Below, in pieces: positions 13,501 through 27,839 of a DNA stretch of 64,000 nt (position 1 is the first letter of the stretch; every line of letters starts with the position of its first letter). Under the pieces are notes generated by a model, which saw only the letters and a list, made by a program, of their open reading frames with translations, did not search any database and was not told the DNA's origin. The DNA comes from the human T2T-CHM13v2.0 reference genome, Homo sapiens: the NCBI RefSeq assembly GCF_009914755.1, contig NC_060928.1; one strand, 5' to 3'. The position numbers were made by a program, and so were the translations under genes.

Positions 13501-14346
13501 AAGTTACCTGATTATAACAAATACAGTTAAACCACATGGTTTAGTGTATGGCATATTGTAGGCACTAAGAGTTAGCTCTCCTCCTTTGGGAGTTTCAGGC
13601 ACAGAGAGTAATGATAGTGAGATGGTTTGGAGTAAAAGAAACGTAGCATTTGAGTCCCTTTGAGTGCATGTAGGTGTCTAGTTATGCCATCTGTATGAAA
13701 AGCCACCCATATCTGGCACTGTTTGTTTTATTCGGCATCATGACTCCTATCTGCCTGAAAGTATGTGATAAAAAATGGTACTCAGTAAAGCTTTGCTGAA
13801 TAAAAGCGGGATGAGAATCTGAAGTTAATTACAGAGTACTCCAAATAAAATGCTGGTATTAGGTGGGATTAGTTAGTTGAAATCACCAGACTAGCTAATG
13901 ATAATAATTCCTTATATTTGCATAGTGCTTTAAAGCTAGTGGCTTGATTTCAGAGATGTCATTTACATTCTCTTATTTAATGAGAGATATTACACTGACT
14001 ATGATCTATCAAAGCCTTTACTCTTCTGAAACAGGACAGGTTGGACTTCACTTTCAAAGTATCATTATTTAACATAGAATTGTGCATTGGCAGGAAATGA
14101 GGCAATAGTGAACACAGAGCTTCTCTTCTCAGTTTTATAGTGTGTGCACTGCTTGCTGATGGTAGTCTCTGTGAGTCAACCCATGTGCTCTGACTTGGGG
14201 ATGCATTCTCCAAGGACAGGTGCTTTTTATCTTGACATAGGCATATCTGGGCTGCATCTGATTGTTAAGAGGAGAATACTTTTTCTAATTTGTTTGCCCC
14301 AAATGGGTTAGTGTCAGCTTTGGGTTCACATATATAGAAGCATTGT

Positions 14347-14944
14347 TGTGGTAGCCAGACTTCTAACATGGCTGCAGATGATGCCCACTTCCTTCCCAAC
14401 ATGCTTTTGTATAATCCCTTCCCCTTGAGCATGGGCTGGACCTAGAAACGTAAAGAATGTATTGCTTTAAATGTATAGAGTATGCCAAAAGTGATGGGCT
14501 ATAACTTCCTTGATTCATTGTGAAAGACTGTGGCTTCCATCTTGCTGTCATGCTCCCTTTCATTGTAACTACCTCTCTTGACCCCTTACTTGCTCACTCT
14601 GGGGAAGCCAGCTTCCCTATGGACAGTCGAAAATGACAAGGAACTGAAAATTGCCTTTGGACAACAGTCAGCGGGAAGTTGAGTCCCTTAGTTCAATAGC
14701 TCCTGAGAACAAAATTCTAACAATAACTACTGAGGGACCTTGGAAGCATATATTCCTTCAGTTGAACTTTGAGTTGACTGGGTCCTTTATTGACACAACA
14801 TTGCAAACTTTTGAAAGACTCTAAGCCAGATGACCCTGCTGAGCCATTCTTGGAATCTCTGACATATAGGAACTACGAAATTTGTGTTTTAGGCTGTAAA
14901 TGTTTTGTGAGTAATGTGTTTTGCAGCAAAGGACAAGTGATTCA
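14347..14944 (+). mobile_element. Solo MaLR LTR (MLT1F/G-like)
   Basis: Starts TGTGGTAGCCAGACTTCTAACATGGC, ends TTGCAGCAAAGGACAAGTGATTCA; flanked by direct repeat CATTGT (14341-14346, 14945-14950). Confidence 0.75.
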
Positions 14945-16139
14945 CATTGTAAAATGCCTTTGACTCCTCACCTATCCCTTCTTCTTCAAATTTTACTTAG
15001 GTTGCATGCTCACCACTATTTTTTTCAGCCAAACGTCCAGATTTTAGGGTACTCCAACCAGCAGTGGGTGTTACATACACCCCTTTGTCAATAACAAGGG
15101 AGGACAACATGACTTAGAGAACTAAGATAATTACATAGAATTGGAGAAAAATATTTCCCAAAGCGACAGGCAGGCAGACAGATAGTTAACGGATGACCAG
15201 TACAAAAGGTGAGATGGGCAAGTGGCATACTCCTGGAGTTTCATACAAAGATTGTCACGCTTGAGTTGCGCACTGCCCACAGAATCCCCAAGCAACTATT
15301 TAGAAGACCCATTGATACAGGGTCTCCTCTTAGGGCTGAGAGAATTCAGATGCCTCTCTGTTCAAAGCAAGCAAATGATAATACAAAATCCATCATCAAT
15401 CCAAGGGCAAATGTAGATTCTGGGTCCAACTGAGAATCTGCAGGAAGCATACATGGATATGTATATGTTTTGATGATTAAATACCTTAAACAGCAGCTTG
15501 GAGATTGAGATACTAATCAGAGCCTCCCTTTGCAAACTAGCATTGAGAAGCACAGTCAGTTCTTCTATGCTTCCTGACAAGTCCTTTAGTGCCACTATTG
15601 TCAGACAGACCTTGGCCTCCATACAATGACTCATTGCAACAATCTCTGTATCAAAGTCAACATTTTTACACTATCAGATACCAAATGACTTTACTGTAAG
15701 GACCACACACATAGAAACTAGACTGATTAAAATCTAGACTCCAATCCGTATAGACCTGGTCAGATGGCAGTCCTTGGTGGTATTTGTGTGAGCTCAGCTA
15801 GGAAATGGTTCAAGCCAGTAAAAACATTGAATTAAACTGAATTGAACACTCAATTGATTAAGAGCTTACCACATGGAGAGAAAAGACCACAGGATTCAGG
15901 TCAGCAGTTCTGGCTTTACGAGCACTGTGTAATTAAATGGTTGCAGGTGGGCAGTACAATCTGATGTGGTTGGCCAGTCACTCAGTAAAATGATACTTGC
16001 AGCACTTAAAAAAATCAGTCCTGAAGAAAAACAGTGTGATTTTTTTTTACAACAATAAAGAGGAGATTAATGATTTCTAGAGATGATTTTGTGCAATAGC
16101 ATTCTTAGAAAATAAATATACATAGTATTTAGAAACAGA

Positions 16140-16540
16140 AATCCTAGGAACAAAATATCTTAGTCAAATTTGGCTCAATTTCTTCTTAATGGTGTGGCAT
16201 TTGACAAGTTAATCTAAAGTATGTGACTCAGTTTCCTCATTTGTCAAATAAAGATATCTATTAACAATACCTACACTCATCAGTTTGCAGTAACAGCACC
16301 AAGGATATGTATGGAGAAGCAGATTAGTTAAGTGGTTGTGCACATGGACTCTGGAGGTAGACTGCCAGGGTCTCAAGTGCAATGCTACTACTTCCTAGAT
16401 GTTTGCTAGCAAGTCAACCTTGGAACATTGTTAAATCTCTCTGTGCCTCAGTTTCTCACCTGTAAAACAGGGTGATACTAATGGAATAATAATAATAATA
16501 ATAAATAAGGAAAGGAGGTTATGAGAATTGACTCATTTAA
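16140..16540 (+). mobile_element. Two tandem MIR elements
   Basis: MIR core CTCAGTTTCCTCATTTGTCAAAT and TCTCTCTGTGCCTCAGTTTCTCACCTGTAAAA. Confidence 0.6.
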
Positions 16541-17112
16541 AAAAAATACTGATCGAATGAGCTTCTGTTATAATCCAGCCACCACTGTAGGTGTTATCAG
16601 TAAACCAAAAATTTTAAAAATTTCTGCCTTGGTCCTTATTTTCTGGTAGAGTAAAACAGAAATAAAGAAATAGAGAAAACAGAAGGGAAGAACATGCCAT
16701 TGAGGAGTTCAAACCAGGGAGGAGAATAGGGGTGGTTGGGGTTGGTAATGCCAAACAAGGGAGGGGGATTGGGAGTTCCAGAAAGAGGGATAGGTACGTT
16801 GCAGCAGCAGAAGATAGGGTGTTTAGAGTTGGCCTCATTAACATGGCAATCTGTGAGCAAAGAGCTGAAAAAAAATGAGGGGGCCATTCATGCAGATATC
16901 AGGGAGAAGCCTCCCAGGCAGAAGGTCCATAGTCTAAAGCCTGAGCTGAAAGCATGCCTAGAATATCTGAGGAAAAGCAATAATTCAGCATGGCTGGAGC
17001 AGAGTAGAAGCTGGGAAGAGAAGTACAAGGTGGAATAAGAGGGATAATAAGGGTTTCTGATACTGCAGGGCTTTGTAAACAACTGCTGGAAACTGGCCTC
17101 TAATCTGAGTAA

Positions 17113-17421
<309 letters not shown>

Positions 17422-17551
17422 TAACCTGCAGAATTTTAAGCAGAGGAGTGACGTGATCTAACTTACATGTTAAGAAAATAACTTTGGTGTCTGTATTGAG
17501 AACAGATGTAGAGTGGCAAGCATAGAGGCATGGAGCTCTTTGGCAGATATG

Positions 17552-18322
17552 CTGTACTATGTGTTCCTCTGCATTTCTAAGGATCCCTTTCAGCTGACTT
17601 GACCATAGAACTGAATTCTGGCCAATGCAGTGTGGGCACAGATGATGATGTCTGCTCTGTGAAAGGGCCGTATATGCAAAGCAGCTCTTAAATGCTGAAG
17701 GAGCTGAGAAACCAAAGAACAAGGTAGACAAATCCAGTTTGTCAATATTGGCTGATTTATTTGGGGAAAATAAAATAAAAACAAAAGCATGGTTTTGGGT
17801 GGCCATGAGACAGGTAGATCTCTGCACCTGTTACTCCCAGAACTAGGGGCTTATATACCATAGAGAAAGGGTACATGTGCTCTGGCAAGACAATTAAGGG
17901 CAACCCTGCAGAACAGGCACAAATGCTAAATGCATCATAACCTGTAATTTGTGCCGTAACATCAAGGTTGACATTTTCTCACACTAAGAATAATAAGTAA
18001 AGTAGGAATCAGGAGGCATTCACAGCACTGGGGCTAATCAACATAGAAGTCATATCAATATAGTGGCTGAGCATCCAAGATGGAGTCACTTTTATCTCTA
18101 CAATGTCACCTCCTGTAGAGACCCTGAGGCCCTAGGAATTGTAGAGCCATCAGATGGATGAGGTCTGGCTTCCTACAATACAGCTGGGAGGAGAGTATCC
18201 CAAAGGAACCACCAGACCAGGAACATCTGCTTAGAACTCTATATGAGTTAAACTTTTGCTGTGTAAAGTCACTCATATTTGGGGATTATTTCTTATATCA
18301 GTTAACCTACTTGATCAGTACA
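17552..18322 (+). mobile_element. MLT1J/K-like MaLR LTR split by an inserted LTR
   Basis: 5' part TTCTGGCCAATGCAGTGTGGGCA; 3' end TGTGTAAAGTCACTCATATTTGGGGATT...CAGTACA. Confidence 0.55.
17658..18102 (-). mobile_element. Solo LTR (LTR47-like)
   Basis: TG...CA termini; minus strand starts TGTAGAGATAAAAGTGACTCCATCTTGGATGC. Confidence 0.6.
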
Positions 18323-19335
18323 ACCTGTTGAAGGCTATTGTCAATAATTCAGAAAGAAATAATGATGTCTCATATCAGTGTCTTAGCAATGCAGGTGGTG
18401 AGAAGGTAGAGCTTTCTGGTTTGGGTTTGGGATATCCAAGAAAGAAAAACATGAAGGATGACTTCATGTATTGCTACTTGAAAAATTGCATGAATGGAGT
18501 TGCCAGCTGAAATGGGAGAATTCCATGTGCAGCAGTTTGCGGGTAAGGTCAGGGATTTATTTGCTTATATTTGATGTGTTGAATGTAAGAAATATATTAG
18601 ACATCGGAGCAAAGTTGTTGAAAAGGCAGTTGGATATATGTGTTAAGTGTGAGAGAAAGATCTGGACTGGAGACTTAAACTCGAGAGTCATAGGTATATG
18701 GACGGTGTTTAAAGTTATAGGATTGGATATGATCACTAAAAGTTTAAATATAAACAGAAAATTAGAATAAGAATTGTGTTCTGGACTACTTAAAAATTAA
18801 GAAGTCAGGTAGAAGAGCAGAAACTCAGGAGGCCGAGAAGAAATAATCAGTGAGGGAGGGAGGAAAACAAAGGGAGTGTGCTGACTTGGGAGCCAAGAAA
18901 GTTTTTCAAGAAAAAGGAAGTGATCAGTTGTATTAAAAATGCAGCTGAAATGTAAAACAAAACTCTCCATGGAAATAATCAATCCGAGGTCATTGTTGAC
19001 CTCTGCGGACCTTTTCAGTGCAGCAAAGAATTGATCAGCATGGCCTTAAGAAAGAATGGAGAAATAGAAATCAGAGTTGGTGATTTTAGGCAACTCTTTT
19101 TCAGGGAGTTTTGCTGCAAGTGAGGGTGAAGAAATGTAGTGGTAGTAAGAAGGATGAGCAGGTTAAAAAAATTTTTTTTAGGATAAGAGAAATGACACAT
19201 TTGTGTGAAAGTGTGAATTATTCACTAAAGAAGATAATTTTGATTATGCAGTGGGGGAGATAATTGCTTTCATTAGGACTTTAAAGAATTTTTTCCCTAT
19301 CCCATTGATCTATTTGTTACATATGCTCTATTATC

Positions 19336-19418
19336 CTTCTTTATTTATAGAGATGAGGTCTTGCTATGTTGCCCAGGCTGGAGTGCAGTGGCTATTCACA
19401 GGCACGATCCCACTACTG
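19336..19418 (-). pseudogene. 5'-truncated 7SL (SRP) RNA retrocopy fragment
   Basis: Minus strand CAGTAGTGGGATCGTGCCTGTGAATAGCCACTGCACTCCAGCCTGGGCAACATAGCAAGACCTCATCTCT matches the 7SL 3' end; CAGTAGTGGGATC is 7SL-specific and absent from Alu; degenerate A-tail. Confidence 0.8.
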
Positions 19419-19619
19419 TATCTATATAGTAAGTGTTGCAATCTGCTAAGTCAAATCTTACTAACCTGTACCCCTTTTCTACTCATCTTTTTACTGTGCC
19501 CATTCTCCAATGTTACCATGGCTAGTCTAGGATCTATATTCTTTTATATAAATTCTATAATCCACTATCAAGGCGATCACACAGAAACACACACACACAC
19601 TCTCACACACATACAGGTT

Positions 19620-21570
19620 TTGAGACTTTGAATGCAATTGCATAGAATATGTAGATTTATAACATGTATGAGATTGGATATGGTGTATATTTTCATGAAT
19701 ATGGTACATATTTTCATTAATGTTTTTCAATAAAGTCTGATAATTTTTGGACAAATTTAAACATCTCCGAAAATATATTCTAGGTACTTACATGTTTCTT
19801 TTCCTGTTTTCATATTGAAATATTATTTAAATAAAATAAAATGTCATGGATCTTAAGGATTTTGTTTGATAATTGGGACAGTTTGATCGTTGTGATAATT
19901 GCATAGACTTTTATGTACCCAAAACAAGATATAGATCATTTCCACTACCACACAGAGGTTTTTTAGATATATTTCTTATAAATTGACTTATACACAATGT
20001 GCTTTTTTGTGTCCGGATTCTCTATAACGTTTTTGGGGTTATTTCATGTTGTTGCATGAGCAGCATTTTATGTGACTTTATTGTTATGTAAAATTCTACT
20101 ATACGATTATAACAATGAATTTATACATTTTCCTATTAGTACACATTTGAGTTGTTTCCAGATTTGCTTATTATTAATAAATCCCCTAAAAGAATTGTGC
20201 AGTTCTCTTTGTGGGTATAGACTTTTCTTTCTCTGAGATAAATACCTGGAGTGGAATTGATAAATCATACGATAGATGTGTGTAACTTTATCAGAAAATG
20301 CCAAACAGCTCTCCAAAATGAAGGAGCCACTATACACTCCCATTCGCTTTACAGTTTTCTTCCTTTGTAAACATTGCTGTTCAAAGATTTGCATGTTTCA
20401 TTTGTTTACTGCTGGCATACTAGCAATAAGGTTTATTTAAAAATATTCTTGTATCCAGCAAATTTGCTGAAGTATTTTGTTAATAATAAAAGTTTGTACA
20501 CCAAACTTATTGGATTTTATATGGAGATAATATAATTTAAAAATAATAAACATTTTCTTTCTCCTTTTCAATTCTTCTCATTTTTATTTGCTGTTTTTGT
20601 CTTAATATACTGGTTAGAAACTCAATGTTATATTGAATAAATGTATCAGCAGGTATCTTTCTCTTCTTTCTGACTTCAAGGAACATTATTCCCAATATTT
20701 CCTCATTAAATATATTATTTCTGTTGGTATATGATAGATACACTTCTAAGATTACAGTTAATTCTTTTATTCCTGTTTTGCTAAGGATTCTTATCATGAA
20801 AGATTGTTGAAGTTTATGAGAAGTATTTTCTGTACATATTGGGGATCTAATACAATTTTTTTCTTAATATGGTAATGTAAATTAATAGATTTTTTTCATG
20901 TTAAAACATCTTTGAATTCCTTTCATAAATTATTATTCCTGACAAATTATTTTAAAGACATAGTTTAATTCTTCTTCCTAATATTTCAGATTTTGCATCT
21001 ATATTCATATGTAAGATTGGCCTATAACTTAATGGTCTTTTCAGGTTTGGTTTTTGGGTTTGATTATAACAGCCTCATAATCTACTTCGGGAAATTTACC
21101 TTCTTTTTCTTTTCTCTAGTACATTTTATGTATCACAAAATTTATCTGTTTTCTGAATATTTGGGAGAACTCATCTGTGAAACTGAGGTGTGCGTGTGTG
21201 TGTGCGTGTGTGTGTGTGCATGTGTTTGAATTTTAACCATTGATAATTCATTTAAAAGTTAAATTTTATATTCAGTTTGAACAAGTTTGTTTTCTAAACA
21301 GATCTTTCTAGATTTTTGTCCTTTTCATCTAAGTTTTTGGTGTGTGTGTGTGTGTGTGTAAAGGGGGTGTGTATGTGTGTGTGAATTTGGCTGTTACTCT
21401 AATCATAATTTTGTGTAGGTAATCTTGTCTTTTCTCTCATGTTTGTTTAATTATCATCAGTTTTATTTTTTATATTTAATATTTTTTCTTGACAATGTAT
21501 TTGGATGTCGATTTATTTATTCTGCTTAGGATTTGTGTTTCCTGAATCTGAGGATTGTTTGCTTTCCTTA
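19620..21570 (-). mobile_element. Old L1M fragments with embedded (TG)n microsatellites
   Basis: T-rich degenerate L1 ORF2/3'UTR-like motifs (ACATTTGAGTTGTTTCCAG, TAAATACCTGGAGTGGAATTG); ORF 20537-20797 resembles RT region remnants. Confidence 0.6.
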
Positions 21571-22128
21571 ACTCTTCTTAAACTGCCAACACTTCTTCCC
21601 TTCCCTCCCACACCTTTAGCCAATAACCATTCTTATTTACCTGAGAAAAAAGAAGCAATGAGAAGATAATTTGTACATCCTCCCACCATCTAACTTCCTT
21701 GTACTCACATACTCTGTACCTATACACTTTACCTTTTCTCCTTGTACCATGGAAGAACTATTTTAGCTCTGTCTGGGGCCAATCTCTTCACTTGTTTCCT
21801 TGAACCCATTCCCTCTTGCCTATATTCAAAGACATTCCTCATGGTATTGCTCTCTCTCTCTTTCCTCTACCATCAATTTGTGTATCTGTTGGTCAGTTCC
21901 TATCAGGTAAAAACATGTTGTCATGCTATAAATTTCATATAACCAGTTCCTGTTCTCAAAGAGTTTATAATTTAATTTTGTAAATAGGTAATTATGGCGG
22001 AGTGTGCTATTTCTCACCAAATACCCACAAGTTCCTCCACATTTCCCATTCTCAATCTAAGTGATGTCAATATTATGGATTCTTGCCAGTTTTTAGCTTT
22101 TTTGAGAAAGTTAAGAGCAGATGTAGCT

Positions 22129-22285
22129 CCTCTCCTCCTCTCCTCTCCCCTTCCCTCCCCCTCCCCTCCCCTCTCCTCTCCTGTCTCTCTCCTCTCTCCT
22201 CTCCTCTCCTCTCCTCTCCTTTCCTCCCCTCCCCTCCCCCCACCCCCGCCTTCATTACCCTCTCGTTTTTTCTCTTCTCTCTCCA
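22129..22285. repeat. CT-rich low-complexity repeat (CTCCT)n
   Basis: Direct reading. Confidence 0.9.
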
Positions 22286-23814
22286 CTTCTGTACACTTAG
22301 GTGCAAACAGAGGATTCTGAATAGAAAAAAGAGTTGAATCTAGAAGCAGCCTGGATTCTTTAATTATTTCTTAAATAAGAGCATTTAAATAGGGCCATCC
22401 AGTTCACAGTGGTTGGTGATTTAAGTGAGCAATACAGCTTTGTTAAAGTACTGAAATTTGGGGGTTTACTTTGGAAGTTTAGCTTAGCCTATCCTTCTGC
22501 TACAAAGGGTAAGGGATTATTACAAAACAATTAGACACTGCCTTAAGATTAAACACAGGGTGCCAGGAAAACACAGAAGAGGACACCTGACCCAGTTTTA
22601 GAAGTTAGAGAACACTTCCTAGAGGAATTAATGTCTAAAGTGAGATTGCAGAAACTAACAGGCATTGTTGTGTCCTAGCACAGTGCCTCGCGCACATGGT
22701 CACCAAAATACTTTCTGAATGAATTAACGAAACTATCAACTATCAGAAGTGAGGTGTGTTGCTGAGCACATCTGCAAATGGTTCCTGTCTGACTAATCTG
22801 GCCTTTTGACAATGTAACATTCTGTTTGATCTGGCCTTGGGAGCTAGAACTTTTTGGAAAACAACTCTGTGTATTCCAACCGTGGACTGATCATCAGAAA
22901 AAAAAAATTGTTGTCTTGCCTGCTTTACATGATATTTTGAAGCAATGCAAGCTCATCAGCTTTTCCTTGATTTTTATGTTCCTGTAGCCTGACAGTATTT
23001 ACAATTCACAGACAATTCCACCAGGCTTCTCAAAAACAGAGGATGCCAGAGCCCAGAAAATGTAATTCAAAGCAAAATGAGGAAAAAGAGCAAAGGTATT
23101 TGCTTGACTCAGGAAGACTCACAGGCGACTGTCTGGGTGTGGTGATCTGCAGGGAGAGAGAGTGAGATTGAAAGCAAACTGGTAAGAGGTTTCAGGGACC
23201 CTTAAATTCAGGTAACCTGGGAGTAAATGCCTGAGAGGAAACAACTGCTGGGGAAGGACATTTTTCATTTTGGATGAAAAACACTGGAAGTAAATCATAA
23301 CAAACATACACAGCATCGTACATTTTAGCCCAATGGTAGAACCTGGTCATCACATGAGGACATTAAAGGTCATTTATGCAAACTTCGGAATTTGTCCACA
23401 CAAGAGATGAGGATTTTGTTAAAAAGAAAGGAGCCTCCGAACTTTGTTTTAAATCTTGAGGGGACAAAGTGCGTGCTCTTTTAATTGTTTTTATGTTTCC
23501 TCTGATGGCTGTTAAGTACTCATATAATCAAGCCAAATGCATCTTTTCTTCTTTTCCTGGTGAGAAGTGCTCTCTATCCAAACAGTGACAGATAGTATCA
23601 GGTGCAACATGTTCTGCAAGGGTTGCCATGGTAAGAGTTCGTCTGCTCCCCCACCGCGCCCCCATCTTTCCACAAATAACAGAGTGGAAGAGTGCAGAAA
23701 GCCTGTATAGAAAAGATATCTAGGGCCAGAGTAATTACTTAGTGCTCTGCCATGCAGAAGAGTCACTATGTTTTATGTTAAATATATTGGATATTAGAAG
23801 TGTGCACTCACATG

Positions 23815-23862
<48 letters not shown>
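23815..23862. repeat. Compound (CT)n(CA)n microsatellite
   Basis: Direct reading; a further imperfect (TG)n at about 23966-24014. Confidence 0.9.
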
Positions 23863-23863
<1 letters not shown>

Positions 23864-24974
23864 CTTCTGTTATGGGTAGGTGGCCTGATTTTCAACATTA
23901 GACAGTTCCAAGCATCACCACCAAACACTGGCAGATTTAATTGATTTAATGAAGCAGCAGTGTAGTGTGTGAGTATGCGTGTGTGCGTGTGTGTGTGTGT
24001 ATGCGTGTGTGTGCATTGAGATGCAGCTGAATTTCAGTAGCAGCTCACTTCCTTGTAAATGCCAACTCTGTCTTTATTATAACATACTTAGTAGTCATTT
24101 GATCTTTACAGTGGCATTTTAAACATAGGGTTATGTTTCCTTTTTAGAAAGGAAAACTCGGTTATCTCTTGTACACTTACTGACAATTTCTAATATATTT
24201 TCCTGGAATTCTTAAGAAACTATATCTTGGAGTAAATTACTTATAGGTGACTCGAAACATTTGTTTCCTGTGAACAGAGCAAGCTTTTGTTTCAGTTTAG
24301 CAAATCCTCCTTTAATGCCTACTCTGTGTTCTGTCTAGAATGTTCTGAGGAATCAGAGACCATTCAGATATGATCTTTGTCCTCCAGGAGTTCATATTCT
24401 TTTGACTTGTTTTCAGAACATTGGTCTTGGGTTTAGAAGGTTTTCTTTGCAGACTGGAGAGAAAGTGTTTTGGGGGCAGACACCTAAATGTTCTGCTTGC
24501 AAGCTATGTTGGCTGAGTCCACAGGTACGAGAAACGTGGAAGGGCGTGAGCATACTGGCCTAGTGGTCCAAGGCAGAAGGGATGGTAGAAAGAGCCACTT
24601 TTCTTGCTTATTCAGTCCTGGGCAATCTCCAGCGGCCACAGCAACCACTGGGCTGAGGTTGGCACGATCAGGAGCAAGAGGCTGTGGCCACAGTTATTCT
24701 GTCTTTTGCCAGGAAGCATCCACTGCCATTTAAACCAGAGTGGCTCTGAGGTTTCTGCTCAGTTCCACCCTTTCTCATTGGACCCTCTGGATTTAAAGGA
24801 CAAATTTTGGATGGGGATGATGCATTGCCTCTACATGGCTGTCCTGACACAAACACTTGCTTTGGCTATTCAGGCTGAAGAAGGGATCACATTTCTGTCC
24901 AAGCACAGGGAACTGATTAGAGCAGCACTGTATCTCAAAGTATGGTGCACAAAATTATTCTACAGTAAACTTTT

Positions 24975-25495
24975 TTAAAAATTTACTTTAAGTTCCAGGA
25001 TACATGTGCAAAATGTGCAGGTTTGTTACATAGGTATATGTGTGCTACGGTGGTTTGCTTCACCTATCAACCGTCATATGCATTAGCTATTTGTCCTAAT
25101 GCTCTCCTTCTCCTTGCCCCCACCCCTTGACAGGCCCCGGAGTGCATTGTTCCCCTCCCTGTGTCCATGTGTTCTCATTATTTGACTCCCATTTATGAGT
25201 GAGACTATGCTGTGTTTGGTTTTCTGTTCCTGTGTTAGTTTGCTGAGGACGATGGCTTCCAGCTTTATCCATTTCCCTGCAAAGGACATGATTTCATTCC
25301 TTTTTATGACTGCATAGTATTCCGTGGTGTATATGTACTACATTTTCTTTATCCAGTCTATCATTGATGGGCATTTGGGTTGGTTCCATGTCTTTGCTAC
25401 TGTAAATAGTGCTGCAATAAACATATATGTGCATGTGTCTTTATAGTAGAATGATTTATATTCCTTTCCCAGTAATGGGATTGCTGGGTCAAATG
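24975..25495 (-). mobile_element. 5'-truncated L1 (L1PA8-like 3' end)
   Basis: ORF2 C-terminus MSFAGKWIKLEAIVLSKLTQEQKTK plus 3'UTR; probable TSD AACTTTT at 24968-24974 and 25496-25502. Confidence 0.9.
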
Positions 25496-27839
25496 AACTT
25501 TTAAAAGTGGTTTTGGTTTTATTTCTTGTAATAGAAAATAAAAAGTAGTCAGCACATGAAATCTACATGTTAAAGTAAATAATGCCATAATAAATAAATT
25601 TAAGGAAAATGCAAATTTATTTAAATAAAATTATTTAGTAAAAATGGTTGAAGGTGTATTTGTCAGGGAAGACTGACTACATAATGAATAACCCCCGATT
25701 TTCAGATGCTTAATTTAGAAAAGATTTTCAAGGCATGTCACAATTCATTCTGAGTTGGTATAGAGTCATATAGTCATTAAAGCCTCAGGCTCTTTCCAAC
25801 TAGGTGCTCCAGTATCCACTGAGCCTCAGGGGCCTCCGTTAGATCATTTGAATATGACTAGGAGATGCAATAATAGAGCTTGGAGGATTGCACAGGATGT
25901 TTCATGAGCCAGGTTTGGGGTGGCAGTGATCACACACACCACATTCCTTTGGCCAGATTTTAGTCAAATGGCCACAAAACTTCAAGAGAGGCTAGGAACT
26001 ATGGTCTGGCTACCTGCTCAGATATTCTCCTGCTTGCATCCATATAACAAAGTTACTAAAGTTAAACATGAATGGCTGACTTATAAGAACATGGATGGAT
26101 TAGGAAAAGCATAAAGCATGAAGGTTTTTGCTTTTGTTTGTTATTTTAATCACAACACTGATGAAAAAATATCTCAACACTGCCTTTTATTTCTGAGGAG
26201 ATCATAGGCACTTTATTCAGTTCCTCAAAGGCCCTTTCTGTAGAGTAGGAGAATCTATTTCAAGGGTTTTACAGGGAACTAGAGGAGCTCACATGTGTTT
26301 AGCGTCATGCACAATACTTGGCAATAACCTTGGGTACCAAAGGTTAATGCCCTTTCCCTAGCATCCCTTTCTTCTGAAGCTTTCTCTTTAAAAATCTGGG
26401 GACACACCTTTGTCACAGAAGTAAACTTGTCAGCTCAGCAATTAAAGTAATAAAATAATGCTTCTACCCCCCAGTGAGAAGGATGCCTTCTCCTTTCCTG
26501 AATTGGCAAGCTTTCAATTTCAGTATTATATTTTAAATTGTGCACATTTTAAGAATGTAAAAAAATCACCAGGTGTGTTCATTTTTTAACAAAATTAAGA
26601 AATACTCACATTTGGTCTAGCTAGATTAAACAAAAAAAAAGTTATCATAATGAAACCTTGTCTACAGAAGCCCCAAATAGCCTTTTAAGTGGGTCAGAAA
26701 ACCTTGATTTTAGCCTTGTTTATTTGGTTGGAGCTTTCCACACAGATCTGTCCTTTAACATTTAGTTAGGACAATGATGAGACACAAAGTCACATAAAGG
26801 AGGCAATTCTTCTTCAATTTTTTCTTCAACCTGAGGCAAGAACTTCTGGAGTCCCTTTAGGTTTACAGGTCTACATTTTTTGTTCATTTGTACATTTTAT
26901 TATTCAGCCATAGTAATCACATCTCCTTAACCTACAGAGAAGTTCCTACTGTAACTTATAAGGATATCAGCCTAAATTAGGTTCTAAAACTAATGAAACT
27001 TAGCAATTCTCTGACAGTACCTGAATAATAATCTCAGCTCAATGAACACAGAAAAGTTCCATTTTACTATGAATGAAGAAAGCCTATGAATAATGGGTGG
27101 AAAATGAATCATAACACAAGCACTAGCAACTCAAGCCTTACATTTCCCCCATTGAGGCACCTGCTGGGGATTGTTTTCCTCCCTTAAGAGAGAAATCTCG
27201 TATTTAACAGTGGGAGTTCATCACATAATGTTCCCTTGAGATTTCTGAGTCATTTTAAAATTTCTGGTGAACTGAGAAATCACCAAAACATATATTAGTG
27301 GTAATAATAGAAACTGTCATCTAATTGGCACTTACTTGGTGCTAGAGGCTGAGGTGGTGCATCACAGCTGGTGGAGATGAGGTTTCAACTCCAACTGGGT
27401 GACTCCAAAAATTCCTACTCCTACACTACCTGCCTCAGGGGACAGAGGAAGACAAAGGAACATTGGGGCCGGATTCTACAATTGTTCCACTCACTTCCTC
27501 CGGGACTGAAGGAATCAGTTTATCTCTCCAGGCCTTCTGCTTCTCACTTCTAAAATGAAGATAAATAAAAATACTCCGAAAAATATAGTTCTCCTACTTA
27601 TGTAGGTTATTATGTAAAGTCTTGATTCATTTGAGGCTCTAGATAAATCAGATTTGGAATTCATTGCATTTCATTCTGTGAGTTATGGCTTAATTGGATC
27701 TGACATTTACTGAGCACCTGCCATGGGCCAAAACTCACTTTGATGTTTCATAGAAGCCAAAAATATAAATAAGCTGTGTCTTGGTCAGCAGGAGACTCTT
27801 GATTGCAGGTGATAAGAACTAAACAACAATGACAATAAT

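Noticed and set aside
21994-22337. Pro/Ser- and Glu/Arg-rich ORFs
   Set aside because: Translation of a CT-rich simple repeat
24480-24960. Moderately GC-rich block with a 124-aa ORF
   Set aside because: No recognisable domain or convincing splice boundaries; possibly an old LTR remnant that I cannot name
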